Shown in pieces: positions 41,401 to 54,786 of a stretch of 64,000 bases of DNA. Every line of letters starts with the position of its first letter. Position 1 is the first letter of the stretch. The stretch is from Camelus dromedarius (taxonomy: Eukaryota). Location of the stretch: NCBI RefSeq assembly GCF_036321535.1, contig NC_087436.1:53322001-53386000 (forward strand), given 5' to 3'. Made by a program: the position numbers and the translations under genes. Under the pieces are notes generated by a model. That model saw only the letters and a list, made by a program, of their open reading frames with translations, searched no databases and was not told the DNA's origin.

Positions 41401-44224
41401 TCTGCCTATCTCTTCTTTGTTTTAAAAAGAAGACATTTGTGTCAAAATTGTTACCTCCTCTTATCAATCTTTTCCTCTATGATTGACCTTTGAACAATTT
41501 TATAAAAAGCAGTCTTGGTTAGCTGTATTTCTGTATCTTTCATTATATGTTTTCTACCTCATAGCTCTTAGGGTGTTTCCCTCTATTTCTAATACTCTCT
41601 TCAAAATGTCTCCAGTTATTTATTAGTGAAAACATCATCTGTTCACACACTTCTATTTTCTTTATGGCCAGTTGCCTCATATTCTATCTCCCCTAAGACA
41701 GTTGGGTAGGTTTTGTATCTTGGCTGCTTTGGGGGAAAAAAAAAAAACCCAGATTTGAATCAAATAATTTCCCTAAGATACAGAATTATGAATTTCATGA
41801 CATTTCTTATGTAATACCATTAAACATGTTTCTTGGATTTCAAGAAGTCAGAGTGTTATGGGGCCATTATTTCTCCTATGAGGTCACACTTTATAATTAT
41901 CTCCTGATTTATCCTTTAGGGCAAGTCCTATGCCTTTCATCTCTTTATCTCCTGTAACTAATAGCACAAAGTAAGTACTCAATGAATTTTGTTGAAAGAA
42001 TCAGAAAAACTAATGCTAAATTAAGAAGTTTTGCTCAATGCTGTAGGCTAAAACAATAATTATTTTCAGAGAGAAGGAAGGCAGAAATGTGGGAACAAAG
42101 GAGAGTAACAGTCTACGAATCTCCAATCCAGAAACCTCCAGAATAATGAAGATGCAGGAAGAAGAGATCATGGAACAGGACTAGATAAGGGTTTGTATCC
42201 ATTGTTATGTCTAAAGGTGAAGACTAAAAATTGATTTCCTGGTGATTTCAATTACTATCTATTATATATGATTGATGCTGGAGGTTCAAGGAATAATAAT
42301 TCCTTTCATAAGTAAGCCATCAGAGTACAACTGAGTACTTACTAAATGCCAGTCACTGTGCTAAGTACTTCACATACATCACATAATTCTCATCTAGGCT
42401 CTATGTGTTAGGAAATATTATCTCCATTTCACAGATGAAATAACTAAGAGAAATTAATCTGCTCAACATCAAGTAGTCAGGTCACACGACGAAGACCAAA
42501 ATCTAGGCAATATAATCATGGAGTGAGTGCTCTCAAATCCTTTTTTTTTTTTTTTTCTATTACCATTTAGCAAGGAGTTCATAAATATATAAGGCTACTA
42601 CTTATTATTATAAATCCTGTATCTGCGGTATAAATAAATTGCTATGCGGGAATTACAAAGGATATGATCTGGTGGTACAAGAGCTCCAAAAACTCAGTAG
42701 AGAGTGAAAAGGTAGATCGAATTCATTTCAGGTTGCGAAGGAAATGGAACAGCAGTGAATGGAAGAAATAGGCAGTCAGGGATTATTTCTCATGCTTTGA
42801 GTTTTAAAAATGAGAAGAGCTGAGGCTGGATGTTTCAGCAGCTCTGCTTTTAAAATCTGGCCTGGCTAAGTACATATGGATATGGATATCGATATGGATA
42901 CAGACAGATATGAATATGGGACCCCTGACTGCCCAAGTGCACTTCCCAAGTTCATAGGGCAGAAGATCATAAGCTAGACTCAGCCAGCTTACTTCCTATC
43001 TCTCATAATTGGTCACTGGAAACCACAGAGATTGAATGAAGGTGGAAAAAAAACAGCACATATGATGTCAATCAGAGTTGCCTCCTCTCTCCTTGTCAAT
43101 AATCCATGTCTGCAACAAACCTGTGAAGTGCTGTTATTGCTGATATTTTTGGCTGGGCCATAAACTGGCTGTCTAATACATAAAATTTATTTTTTCCATC
43201 CTCTAATTTAGGTGTGAAGGAAAATGAGAGAATTGAGTAGAAAAGGAGATTTTGCCTTGCATTCTACTTATGTACTATTGGATTTTTTAGTATGAACATG
43301 TATAGCTGATGCATGTATATAAGTGATGGGAAAATGAAAGAAGTATACATGCAGTTTGTAAAAAAAAAAATATATATATATATATATATATGGCCTTGAA
43401 TTATAACTAAATAATATTTTTAGGGTATGAGATTGTGCTAAATTCTATACTAACTTTTAGAAGTTTTAGACATAGTTGTAGAAAGAGCAAGAGAAAATTG
43501 GATAGTTAAATGTATGTTTTTTTAAAAACTGTGAACTGTTTTAAATAGAAGGGACCTCAACAACCCAACCATTCATTGATTTCATTAACCAGTGGAAAGC
43601 ATGTATCCCACAGAATATAGCTTTAAATGACACAGATAACTAAAGTCAGCTTTCAATATGTTATATAAACATTGGCTTAAGTCCCCAGTTAAAACCTGGG
43701 GTAGTGCCTGTAATGAATAGGAAACTTGCCTATCTTGTTTACCTTTTAAATATGAGTAACTATCTCAGAATCTGGTTCACAGTGGGTGATCAAAAGTTAT
43801 TTGCAATAATGAATTCATGAATTCATGAAAGTGACTAGGCCACTTTTTCAAAAGTGGAGTCTGAAATCAGGTCCAAGAGCTATCTAGTATTCCAATAATG
43901 TAATTAAGAATATACACGTAGATATTTTGATAAAACTTCTTCCTGAATTTTGAGTTGAATGTGGAAAATACATATCTACTGTTTCTTAGCTCTAAAATGT
44001 ACCCAAACTAATCATACAGTCACCCTACAAAAACACATGACTATTCATATCCTAGTGTCTTCCCAGAGTTGAGAAAACATTAATCCTATTTATTCATTAG
44101 GGCAAAGACCACTAATTATCCCCTGTGTATATGCTCCTTTTAATAATAAAAATATTGAAATTTAATGTTTAAAATTTTAATAATAAAAACCTTTAATAAT
44201 AAAAACACTGAAATTTGGATTTTT

Positions 44225-44550
44225 AGAATAATGATCACATTTATCAGTCTCACTAACAGATGAGTATGGCAATGTGACCAAATCCTGGTGAATGGGATTT
44301 TAGCAGAAATGACGGATGAAGTCCCAGATGATGCTCCTAAAGGGCAGAGCCCTTTTCCATTGTACTGCCTTCCACCCAACTAGGGGAGGATCGATCATCT
44401 TGGCCACAAGACAGAAGCTGCATGATGACAGAGCAGCATGGTACAAGAAGCCTGGGGCCCTGGTGGTTATGGGGCTGCCATACAGCTTCACACAGCCTAC
44501 TGGATAGACATGAAAAAGAGATAAGCTTCCATCTTGCTTGAACCAACATA
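44225..44550 (+). mobile_element. Old MaLR LTR (MLT1J/K-like)
   Basis: ggcaatgtgaccaaatcctgg...gggattttagcagaaatga...gatgacagagcag...aagaagcctggg...gagataagcttccatcttgcttgaacca. Confidence 0.6.
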
Positions 44551-45672
44551 ATTTTGAGTACTCATGTTAGAGAAGTCAAATAATATTATATCTAATACAC
44601 TGGCAGAAGGTCAAACATAGTCTGAACAGATCAAACTATCAAATTTTAGCTATTGAAAATTATTTTAAAAGCAAAGCATTCCAGATAAGTTAAATGAGAG
44701 CAAATAAGAATTTTAGCATAATACCTAGCACGTAATAACTGTAATTCTTACCATGTCTTCAAATTATTAAAACACAATATAAATTTTCATAGAAAAAAAT
44801 GGTGGTTTAAAACACAAGACCAATACCTGTAATTAATATATTTGCCAAAGCTATCTTCAGTTCTCTTTGTTATTTGCCATATACTTAATAAATACATGCA
44901 CTGCATTGTTCTTGTACTTAGACATTGTGATGAATAAGGAACATAAGGTCCCCAGTCTTATTTTCCAGGTATATGGGGAGGTGACATAATGAACAAGTGA
45001 ATAAATAAATGAACAGATTGTGAAGGTAGTTATAAAGAAAATAAAAGAGGGTAATGTGGCAGAGAATGTCTGATGAAACTATTCTTGATTGGGTGGTCAG
45101 TGTGTGTTTGTGTGTGTAAGAATATAGCAAAGAATGAATATGAACATATTCAGGATTGTGTGTCTAAGAATTGAAAAACTTATAAATATTTAAAAAATCA
45201 CATAGAAGCATAGAATTTTTAGAGCTGGAAGTTAAAGGATATACTACAGTGCGGTCTCCTCATTTCATACACAAGGAAATTGAAGTCTGGAAAGTTAAGA
45301 ACCCAGTCCAATAGGAAAACTTATTCAAAGTGAGTCTGTACCAGAGGTCAGGCCTTTTTACTCTCAGTTCAGAGTTATATTCTCTTCATCAAAATTGAAT
45401 TATTTGTAGAATTACTTCATAAAGAGAATTTACTTTGATCAGCTTCCTTTTGGTGGTTTTGGAGTGCTTAGCACAAAACAGGCACAGAAAAACTGAGGTG
45501 AACCACACTGGATTTCCTTGAGCTGGAAAAAAGCTGTATCTCAACCTACGGAAACTAAATGACTGATACAGCTGCTCTGTCCATCACGCAGACAAGCTGT
45601 GAATGAGAGGATGGAGAAGTGGTAAGAAGAAAGAGCAGTTATTATTAATGTTCCCGGCACAATACTAACCCT

Positions 45673-46087
45673 TGTGGCAGGCCGAATTCTAAAATGCATC
45701 CCACACCCCACCAACAAAATTTCCCACTCTATTCCTTGGGACTGGATGAACATCAGAGAGATTTGAAATATAAGGATTCCCTGCACGATGCTGGCTTGAA
45801 AATGGAGGTACCAATGTGCAAGGACTACAGAGAGGTATCTAAGAGCCAAGAGCGAGCCCTGGGTGACAGCCATCAAGGAATAAGCTTGAAAGAGGATTCT
45901 TCCCCAGAGCCTCTAGATAAGAGCCCAGCCCAGCCAACACATTGACACTGGCTTTTGGGAGACCCAGTTGTGCCCACCTAGACTTCTGATCTCAGAGCTA
46001 TCAGCTAATAAATGAGTGTTGTTTTAAGCCACTGAGCTTATGAGGTTCTCTCTTTGTTTTCTTACACAGCAATAAACAGTAATGCAG
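45673..46087 (+). mobile_element. MaLR (MLT1D-like) LTR
   Basis: tgtggcaggccgaattctaaaatg...gctggcttgaaaatggagg...ttcttccccagagcctctagataagagcccagcccagccaacac...aataaatgagtgttgttttaagccact...acacagcaata. Confidence 0.8.
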
Positions 46088-46782
46088 CCGTCAACATAAT
46101 CTTTCATATTTAACCACAATAAGGACATAACGAAGAAGATGTTATTAGCCCATCCATTCAAATGAGAAAAGTAAGAGACACAGAGATATTAAGTGACTTG
46201 CCCAAGGTTACACAGATAGGGGATCTAAATTCAGTCTGATTCTCTTTACAAAGATACATGGTGTGTAAGTAGTTAGGTATGTAGGTAGTTAGCCCTCAGA
46301 ACAACTTGACGATATTTTAAACTGGAAAATTAGCCATTCTAACTAATCATTCTTAAGTTGCAGACATTTTACAAACTCTGTGTGTTTTATGTGTCTGTCT
46401 AGAAACTTAATTTTGTGGGGTATTTTTAAAATCATTTCCTTATAAGTATTTTTACTTATATTAAATTTACTTAAGTAAATTTAAAGTAAACAAAAAGATC
46501 CAGTATTATTAAAAGTCAACACATTTGTGCGGATTAGATGAGTCCCTAAGTACACAAGTAATCAGGGTTGCATATTCTAATCTTGTATGTTTTGCATTAT
46601 GTTTATCTCATGGATTAAAAAAATGTATCTTGAAATTAATTTGACTTGCTTCATTTAAGTGTTAAAACACAAATGGTAATATTAGTTAGTACTATGAAGC
46701 AAGAAGAGAATGATATGAAAAGGGAGCAGAGAAAAAATAGTTCTTGAAATGTTAAAACACGATTTCTAAAATTGTAAAAGAA

Positions 46783-46832
46783 AATAATAATGATAATAAT
46801 GATAATAATAACAACAACAACAACAACAATAA
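46783..46832. repeat. Compound (AAT/GAT)n(AAC)n trinucleotide microsatellite
   Basis: aataataatgataataatgataataataacaacaacaacaacaacaataat. Confidence 0.85.
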
Positions 46833-48934
46833 TGGAAGGCTTTAAAGAGCTAGTCAAGAAAACCTTTCAAAAGAGAGAAAAAGACCAAAAAAAAAAAAAA
46901 AACAGATATTATAGCAGGAAAAAATTAAGGGGAGCAACACAATCTTAAACATGTAACTAATTGAAATTTCAAAGAGAGAAGAAGCAAAAAGTCAGGAAAT
47001 TATGAAAGAAATAAATAGAAAATTTCCCAGATCTGAAAGTATAGAATACTTCCCTCATCAAGTACCAAAAGCAATTCATGAAAAAATACCCACAAGTGAG
47101 TTATCATTATGACACTTCAGAATACCAAAGTAGAAAGAAGATTTTTTTAAAATCTTCCAGAAAAAAAGCACATCATGACAACAAACTAATAAGTAAATAA
47201 ATAAAATGTTTAAATCAGACTGACCTCATACCTTTTATCAATTGCATTATTGATATAAAATATTAAAGATGGCTTCAAAATTATAATGGAAACTATTCTG
47301 AACCAATTTTCTAAACCCAGCTAATATCCAAATCAGAGAGAAAGAGCATAGGGGTCTGAGAGAGGTCCAGAGATCCAGGCAGTGGACTCTGTGCAAAAAA
47401 ACCTATTACTGAGGGTTCAGACACTACAAATGTCCATGGCACCTACCTAATATATAATTTCTTTCTCTTTTTTTTTTTTTTTTGCTTGAATTTAGTAATA
47501 ATCAGTCATATTTTACTTCACTACTTGTCATACTTGCAGGTTTTAATCAGAATACAAGTGTTGCAGATGTTTGCAGTTTTGCCATTCAAATTGGCAAAAG
47601 CACCAATCTGTCTTTAGAGTAACACACCCCTTCCCATGGTGGTCTGGTTTCTGGCCTGAGCCAGGCTCCTGACAATGTATCCAAGGAGTTCTGCTGGACC
47701 TCTGAGGAAGGGGGAGCTATTTTTGCCAGGGTTACTAAGTTGGTAGAACATTTCTGTGTATCTTTGAGCAGGAAAAACAACTGGTCCAAGAGTGAAACCA
47801 ACACACAGGCAAGAGATGGAGAGAGGTTACATCGTCACCACATTGCTTTTACTCACCACTCTACATACTGGACCTAGTGTGTGCCTGCCACATCAAGTTA
47901 CTCAAGAAATGTCTAATTACTAATGATTAAGTCTATTTATTTACACTTACTATAATTATAAACTGAGATACTTCATTTTACTTCTTCATTTTTGTGCTTT
48001 CTTTCTATGTTGTGTTTTTCTATCTTCTTTGCATTTTTTATTAAAACCTCACACCATTTCCTTTCATCTACTAGTTTAGAAGTTACACTAAACACTTTAA
48101 TATGCACACCTATAAACTGTCTTTACCATTCTCTGAATAATATAGAGAACTTAGTAACTCCAGTTATCCTGCTTCTCCATCTCTAATCTACATGATTAAG
48201 AGGTCTTTTCTCTACAAATAAATAAGTTTCTGAGCCCCTAGGAGCAAGTGCCACCTAGAAGAGCTTCATTCAGTATTTATAGTAGCTTCCACATACTGAA
48301 TGCTTTGAGGCGTCAGACACTTTGCTAAGTGCTTCACAGACCTCTCTGGTTAACCTGACAAAAGCCTTATGATGTAAGTTTTCTTCATTCTACATATGAA
48401 CAAACAGAAGCTCTGGAAAATTAAATATACATTTCAAGATCAGCAATTAGTGGCAGAAATGTGTTTCAAAAGCAGGACTTTCTGATTCCCATGTCTGTGT
48501 TTCTAGCACTAAACTAGATTACCAAGAGAAAGCATCACTACAGTATACATTCATTTATTCAGAAAATGCATTTAGCACCTTTTATGTGTTACATACATAT
48601 AAAAGATGCAGCAACAAACAAAATATAAGTGGTTCATGCCAACATGCCATGGATATTGGTGTCACTCTTGGGTATAATTTTCCATGAACTTCAGGAAGAT
48701 CACTTACATAAATATCAACTTTTTTTAATAATTAGAAAATTTATTTCTATTGAAATCTATTTGCCCAGGTTAGCTTTAAAATTGCAGAGATGACTATGTG
48801 ATCATACATCACTATAATCTTAAAAGCTAATAGATGGATCCACTATACAGAATTTATAGTATTTAAATAATTTTATTAATCTCATGAATCAATTCAAACT
48901 GATAATCACCTTTTATTTTCCTTTTCTTGCTCAG

Positions 48935-49700
48935 CTGATAATATTCTCATGTTTCCTCTTTGGTGGTGCAGAGAGTATGATCCCCTTACAGGCCCCATAA
49001 GTATCTTTTCCTAAAAATGAAGAGTTGGTTTCTTTCTTTGACAACTTCTCATCAAAATTGTCTACTTTGTCACAAGTATATAGACAGAGCTAAGCTGTTT
49101 TATTTAACTCTTGTTACTGTATTCTTCTCTGTCATTGCAGAAAAATAAACTCCCTCTTGCTGGATGGATTGGATGGAAGTAGTAGATTTATTTTCAGAGG
49201 AAGATTTTTACCACTTTTATGGTACAAGAATGTTCACAGTATGTATTATCCGATAGGAGAGTACAGGTATAAAAATGAGGAATTGTCCACACTCTACAGA
49301 GCTATTGTTAGGCATGCCTGAGTGTTTCAGAGACATGGTCTATATAATGAACTAACAACGCCAAATCAATCAAAGTGGTGGTGGTTTTGCTGATGACACA
49401 GGTCCACCCAGCAATAGAAGTTGAACACATGTCCTGAGTGCTCAGGTCACATGTCCCACTCATATGACCAATGAACATGGGGGCATGTGTTCAGCCATCA
49501 TCTTGAAGTGCAGAGCACCTGGTGCTTCCACTGGGCTGATCAGCACTAACATCAATGAGGAGAAAAGTCCCATGGAAGCTTTGAGGGACTGCCTCAACTC
49601 TCAGAACTTCAAAATGCTCGACCATCAGGTGGTGGTAGAAATGACTGGTTTGGGCACTGATTTTATACTTGAGACAACCAAATTCATCAATATTGTGGAA
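48935..49700 (+). pseudogene. Heavily decayed unprocessed ADH6-like pseudogene remnant A (exon 4-, partial exon 5- and exon 6-like)
   Basis: 48935-49023 reads DNILMFPLWWCREYDPLTGPISIFS*K*, versus [28 protein letters not shown] in the intact gene, and ends GA|gttggt. About 49146-49240 reads LDGSSRFIFRG..FYHFYGTRMFT. ORF 49464..49745 has SAIILKCRAPGAS..INEEKSP..DCLNSQNFK..QVVVEMTGLGTDF after cag|GTC ACA at 49446. Stops are present, and Zn cysteines and the GxGxxG motif are lost. Confidence 0.85.
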
Positions 49701-51839
49701 TATCAGTTTTGGGCACAGAGAAAGGGTATCAAATATCAATTGTGACTACAAATTGAATTAATCTCATGTAGACATTAATTTTTAAATTATAACAAGTGGT
49801 CTTTTTGAGCACTACTTACAAGAATTTTATGAAGTGCTTCCTATAAACTCTCCTATGTAACTGTCTGAACAACAAAAATCAAGTTTTATAGATTAAAAAC
49901 TGATACTTTAAACAGTTACCACAGTTTCCATAATAATTCAGGTTATTACCTGAGTAATATTATTTTATTAGATACTAAGACAAAATTTGAACCCCATTCA
50001 AACTAATTATGCATTACCTGCAACATAAAACTGAAAATAAGTCCTGGGATTACAAATAAAAAACTAATCCCAGAGAGTGAGGCCAGCAAAATGGCAGAAT
50101 AGGAAATCTTAGTCCTCCTTTCTCCACAGAAACACCAATTTAATAAGGATATACAAGCCCAAATATATCTTTTGGAAAAAGGAGAATTATATAGGTCAGA
50201 CTCAGATCTGCATAAAGAAAGAAGAGCATCAGAGAAAGAGTAAGTGAATGAAAAGTAAAAACTTTTACTTTTTCTAAAATGAAATAACAAAAAAAGTTTG
50301 TTCAAAGTAATAATAGCAAAAATGTATTTAATTATGTATGCTTGTGTATATACATTATATGCTTATAAATAAGTGAAATGAATAGAAGTTCTTAACCTTC
50401 ACCCTCCCACAGAACACTGACATGGCAGCCACTCAGAGATGAGAGTACCTTTGTAGGAGTCTGAAGGTTCAACAGTGAATTCTAGCTCATTGTTGGAGCA
50501 AAAGAATCCAAGAGCAGACACACTGAAGAGGGTAAAAGGAACATTTCACTGTCTGCATTGCTCATCCCAAGGCAGCACAGCTTGGTGCCAAGAGAGATCC
50601 CTGTGACAGGCAATTTCTCCCAAGGGAGAAAGTGAGAGCACAGGAATGAGCGTCCAGCTTCCCCAACCATGAGAGACACTTCCTAAGAGGCCCACTTGTT
50701 TCTCACTTAACTCAAATTACTGAGGTAGTCTGCAGAATTGGGAGGGGGTGGGAGGGCAGTGGGGACAGAGGCTGGAAGCACAGCAGCCAGGGCTCCGAAT
50801 TCATCAAAAAGACTCTACCAACTGCTTTATGGTTCTTTCTACTAACTGTGCCCATGAGTCACTGGGGTGCCTCATCTATGGACCCCCAGCTGCTGACCCA
50901 CAATCACCCCTAACCCTCTAAGTGCCTCATCTAAATACTCCAGTCCCTTCCCCTATCCATGGCCAGCAAGAGCAAGCCTTGGCAGATAGCTAGTTTGCAA
51001 GTGCAGAAAACTGGCCCAACTCTGCAGGAAGAAGAGAAGGCTCACAGGCATGAGCAGTTCAGGCACCATTCTAGAGAAACAAACTGGGGGCTCTCAACAC
51101 TTGGACTGGCTTTGCAGGGTTGAGAGAAGGCAAATAAAAAGTTTAAGAATTCCCCTCTTTCAGGAAGCAAAAAGAAGTATTGTACAGGTACATCAACAGA
51201 AAGGTCTGAGAAAACCCCCAAATCCCAAACTGGACTAACAGGCGGAGTAAAACCAGCTGATAAAGACTGGTGAAGGTAACTGCTTCTCCAAATGTGAAGA
51301 CAGCAACACAAGACTTGAAGGAACATGAAAAATCAAGGAAACATGACACTACCAAAGAAACATAATAATTTTCCTGTAACAAGCCTCAAGGAAAAGGAGA
51401 TGTACAAACTGCCTGACAAAGAACTTAAAATAATTGTTTGAAGGAAGCTTAGCAAGCTACAAGGGAATCCAGATAGAGACAATCAATTCAATTCAAATTA
51501 GTGAAGGAAGTTTACATAAATTATGGGACACCATCAAGCAAAATATGAGGTTCTGAACCATCCAGACAGAAAATGAATAAGGAAGTAATGGGCTTGCACA
51601 ACAACTTAGACCAAATAGACATATACAGAACACTCCATCAAAATCAGCATTTCTTTCAAGTGCACATGAAACATTCTCTAGGATATACATATTTTAGGTC
51701 ACAAAACAAGTATTAATAAATTTAAGAATGAAATTATATTAAGTATCTTTTCCAAACACAAAAGAATGAAACTAGACATCAGTAATGAAGGAAAGCTGAA
51801 AAAATCACAACATACTCCTGAACGACCAATAGGTGTTTT

Positions 51840-52317
51840 GTTTTGTTTTTTAAACTTTTTTTTATTGAGTTATAGTTATTTTACATTGTTGCATCAAATT
51901 CCAGTGTAGAGCACAATTTTTCAGTTATACATGAACATACATATATTCATTGCCACTTTTTTTTTCACTGTGAGCTACCACAAGATCTTGTATATACTTC
52001 CTTGTGCTATACAGTATAATCTTGTTTATCTGTTCTACATATGCCTGTCAGTATCTATGAATTTTGAAATCCCATTCTGTCCCTTCCTACCCCCCATCCC
52101 CTTGGCAACCACAAGTTTGTATTCTATCTCTATGAGTCTGTTTCTGTTTTGTATTTGTGTTCTTTTTTTTTTTTTTTTTTTTTAGATTCCACATATGAGC
52201 AATCTCATATGGTATTTTTCTTTTGCTTTCTAGCTTACTTCACTTACTTCACTCCAGGAACACCCATGTTGCTGCAAATGGCATTATGTTGTTGGTCTTT
52301 ATGGCTGAATAGTATTC
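51840..52317 (-). mobile_element. Younger LINE-1 3'-end insertion with 14-bp TSD
   Basis: T-rich tail at 51836-51862 and L1 3' UTR; TSD ccaataggtgtttt (51826-51839) / ccaatgggtgtttt (52318-52331). Confidence 0.85.
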
Positions 52318-52327
52318 CCAATGGGTG

Positions 52328-52993
52328 TTTTTTCAATGTAAAAAATTTATTTCTCCTTTGTTGCCCTTTCCCCCCTACTATATGAGATATGAAATTTTAG
52401 TCTATAGTATTCTCTTTTTTTCATCATATGTCATGTAAAATGTGAGGGGAAAAAATTAATCAGTTTAAAATCTCAGCCCTCTTTCCCATTGTTACAGCAA
52501 ATTTATGATAAGTCTACAGCATTCACTTATCTTAGCTGGTTTTGATACTGGAGCATAATTTTTTATTTGAAAATCAACACCTAAAGACTCGGCTAATTGT
52601 TCAGTGTTCTCATTGTGACTGATAAGTATCCCAAGAGCCACGAGAAGTCTAAAAGTGGCTTCTAGGTTTTGTACAACTTCCAAGACTGTCAGCTAATTAC
52701 TGAAATGCACTGAGCTTTCCTTTCAATGTTATGATCTTTACAAAAACAAACAGAATATTTCAGGATCAATGTAACCAGAGCGACGTGGATATTCTTATTG
52801 CTCCCTGATTTCCGTTCTACTGCATGGAACATTATGAGCTTTTGTCGTTCCTGGCCAACAAAACAATCGCAAAATGTCCTGAGAGCAAGCAGCTGGTTTG
52901 CTGGCTTTCCTTTAAGGTTCAGAAGACTGATGACTGCTGATATGGGCCCCTTCCTTTTTGCTGCAGGAGTTCCCATTTACACTAGAATGTTTG
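52328..52993 (-). pseudogene. PLAA: PLAA (phospholipase A2-activating protein) retroposed 3' fragment, PUL domain plus 3' UTR
   Basis: Minus-strand ORFs read [20 protein letters not shown]...[13 protein letters not shown]...KDHNIE.KAQC and [19 protein letters not shown]...SLGVD.QIK...PAK.SECCR.I.NLL*, matching the PLAA C-terminus. Frameshifts and a 7-codon deletion are present. AATAAA on the minus strand at 52346-52351 is followed by an A-run at 52328-52333. Confidence 0.9.
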
Positions 52994-53356
52994 AATAAAG
53001 AAATCTGATATATACATACAACAGAATATTAAGCAGCCTTATAAAAGAAGGAAATCTTGTCATATGTGATAATTTGGATGAAATTGAAGGACATTTTAAG
53101 TGAAATAAGTCAGTCACAGAAAGACTGCATGATTCCCCTTATATGATGTATCTAAGGTAGTCAAACACATAAGCAGCAGAAAATGGAATGGTGATTGCCA
53201 GGGGCTAGGGCAAGGGAAAATAGGGAGTTGCTGTTCAATGTGTATAAAATTTCAGTTATGAAAGATGCAAACATTCTAGAGATCTGCTGTACAACTTTGT
53301 GTTTACAGTTTAACAATAATGTGCTGTGCACTTTAACAGCTGTCAAGAGAGCAGAT

Positions 53357-54786
53357 TGCCACCGCCGCCGCCATGTCCTTCATCTCCAAGTTCCTCCACA
53401 TCAAGGGGCTCACGAGTGAGCAACAGCTGCAGACCTTCAGCCATAGCCTGCAGGAGCTGCTGGCAGAACATTATAAACATCGCTGGTTCCCAGAAAAGCC
53501 GTGCAAGGAATCAGGTTACCATTGTATTCACATCAACCATAAAATGGATCGTCTGTTTGGACAGGCAGCACAGCACATTGGACTGAGCAGTCAGGAGCTG
53601 TTCAGGCTTCTCCCAAGTGAACTCACACTCTGGGTTGACCCCGACAAAGTGTCCTACAGAACTGTAGAGGATGGCTCCAACTGTGTGCTGTACGAGGCCT
53701 CACCAGCAGGAGCTAGCACCCAAAACAGCACCGACATGCAAATGGTAGACAGCAGAATCAGCTGTAAAGAGGAACTTCTCCTGGGCAGAACAAGTCCAAA
53801 AACTACAATATAATGACTGTATCAGGTTAAGATACAGTCTATGGACGGATCGTCTCATAATGGATGGATAAATTTGACTTTTGCTTTTGGTGGGCTCCTC
53901 TTGGGGATGGATTATGGAATTTAAACCATGTCACAGCTGTGAAGATCTGGCACAAGATAGAGTGGTAAAAAAATGTTTTAAGTGGCAGTGTCATAGTTTG
54001 GACAGTACCTTTCAATGATGTAATAGTCTGTTAGTCCGAGTAAATGATCACTTTACTTGCTAGGGAGTGAAGTCCTAGGATAGTTTGAGTTTCTCCCACA
54101 CATTATAACTAAATTTTTACATCAGTCCCTTTAACTCAAATCTGTATTTCAAAGAACCTTTCTCTGCAGTAGAACTTGCAGAGGAAATCTGCACTATTAC
54201 ACTTAAATTGTTACCTGTTTTGGCAACTCAATAGAGAAGCGCAACATTTTAAACATGATAATACTGGAAATGTTATGACAAGACTTTTACCTGGTACTTT
54301 AATATGTATAAATATACAATAGAAAAATTAGTAAGCACAACCTGAGGAAATGGTCAGAACTTGTATTGTGTTTTGGGCCTTGAAAGTAACAAGTGACCAG
54401 AACCCGCCATGGCAACAGGCTTTTAAAAAGACCCTTGAAAAGACGCTGTCTCAACTATGGTGTTAGCACCAGCCAGCTCTCTGTACATTTCCTAGCTTGC
54501 AGTTTTCAAAGATCAAGTAAACTTATTATTTTTAGAAAGTGGAGGTCTGGTTTGTAACTTTCCTTGTACTTAATTGGGTAAAAGCATTTTCCACAAACCA
54601 CCATCTAATTTGTGGACGTTGTTAGTCATCTTTTAATTGGTAAATCATGAACTGATGTAAATTTGTACAGTTCATGTATATTGATTGTAGCAAAGTTGTA
54701 CGGATTTGTATATTTTGGATGAGAAATTTTTCCTGTCTATAATAATTTGTTTCTTATCTTTGCATTTAAACAACAACAACAAAAAA
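53357..54786 (+). pseudogene. BTG1: BTG1 processed retrocopy (5'-truncated; ORF 53373-53813, 3' UTR, poly(A) remnant, TSD)
   Basis: The ORF translates SFISKFL..KGLTSE.QLQTFS.SLQELLAEHYKH.WFPEKPCK...LPSELTLWVDP...DSRISCKEELLLGRTSP, matching BTG1, and is intronless across the LA|EH junction. The parental stop (TVSG*) at 53828-53830 is out of frame after a ~4-nt deletion. A-rich tail at ~54768-54788. TSD aagagagcagat (53345-53356) / aagaaagcagat (54787-54798). Confidence 0.93.

Noticed and set aside
39000..48900. Search for exons 1-3 of pseudogene A (e.g. ttgcagATG near 47571)
   Set aside because: No translation resembled ADH exon 2 or 3 by eye; a sensitive alignment would be needed
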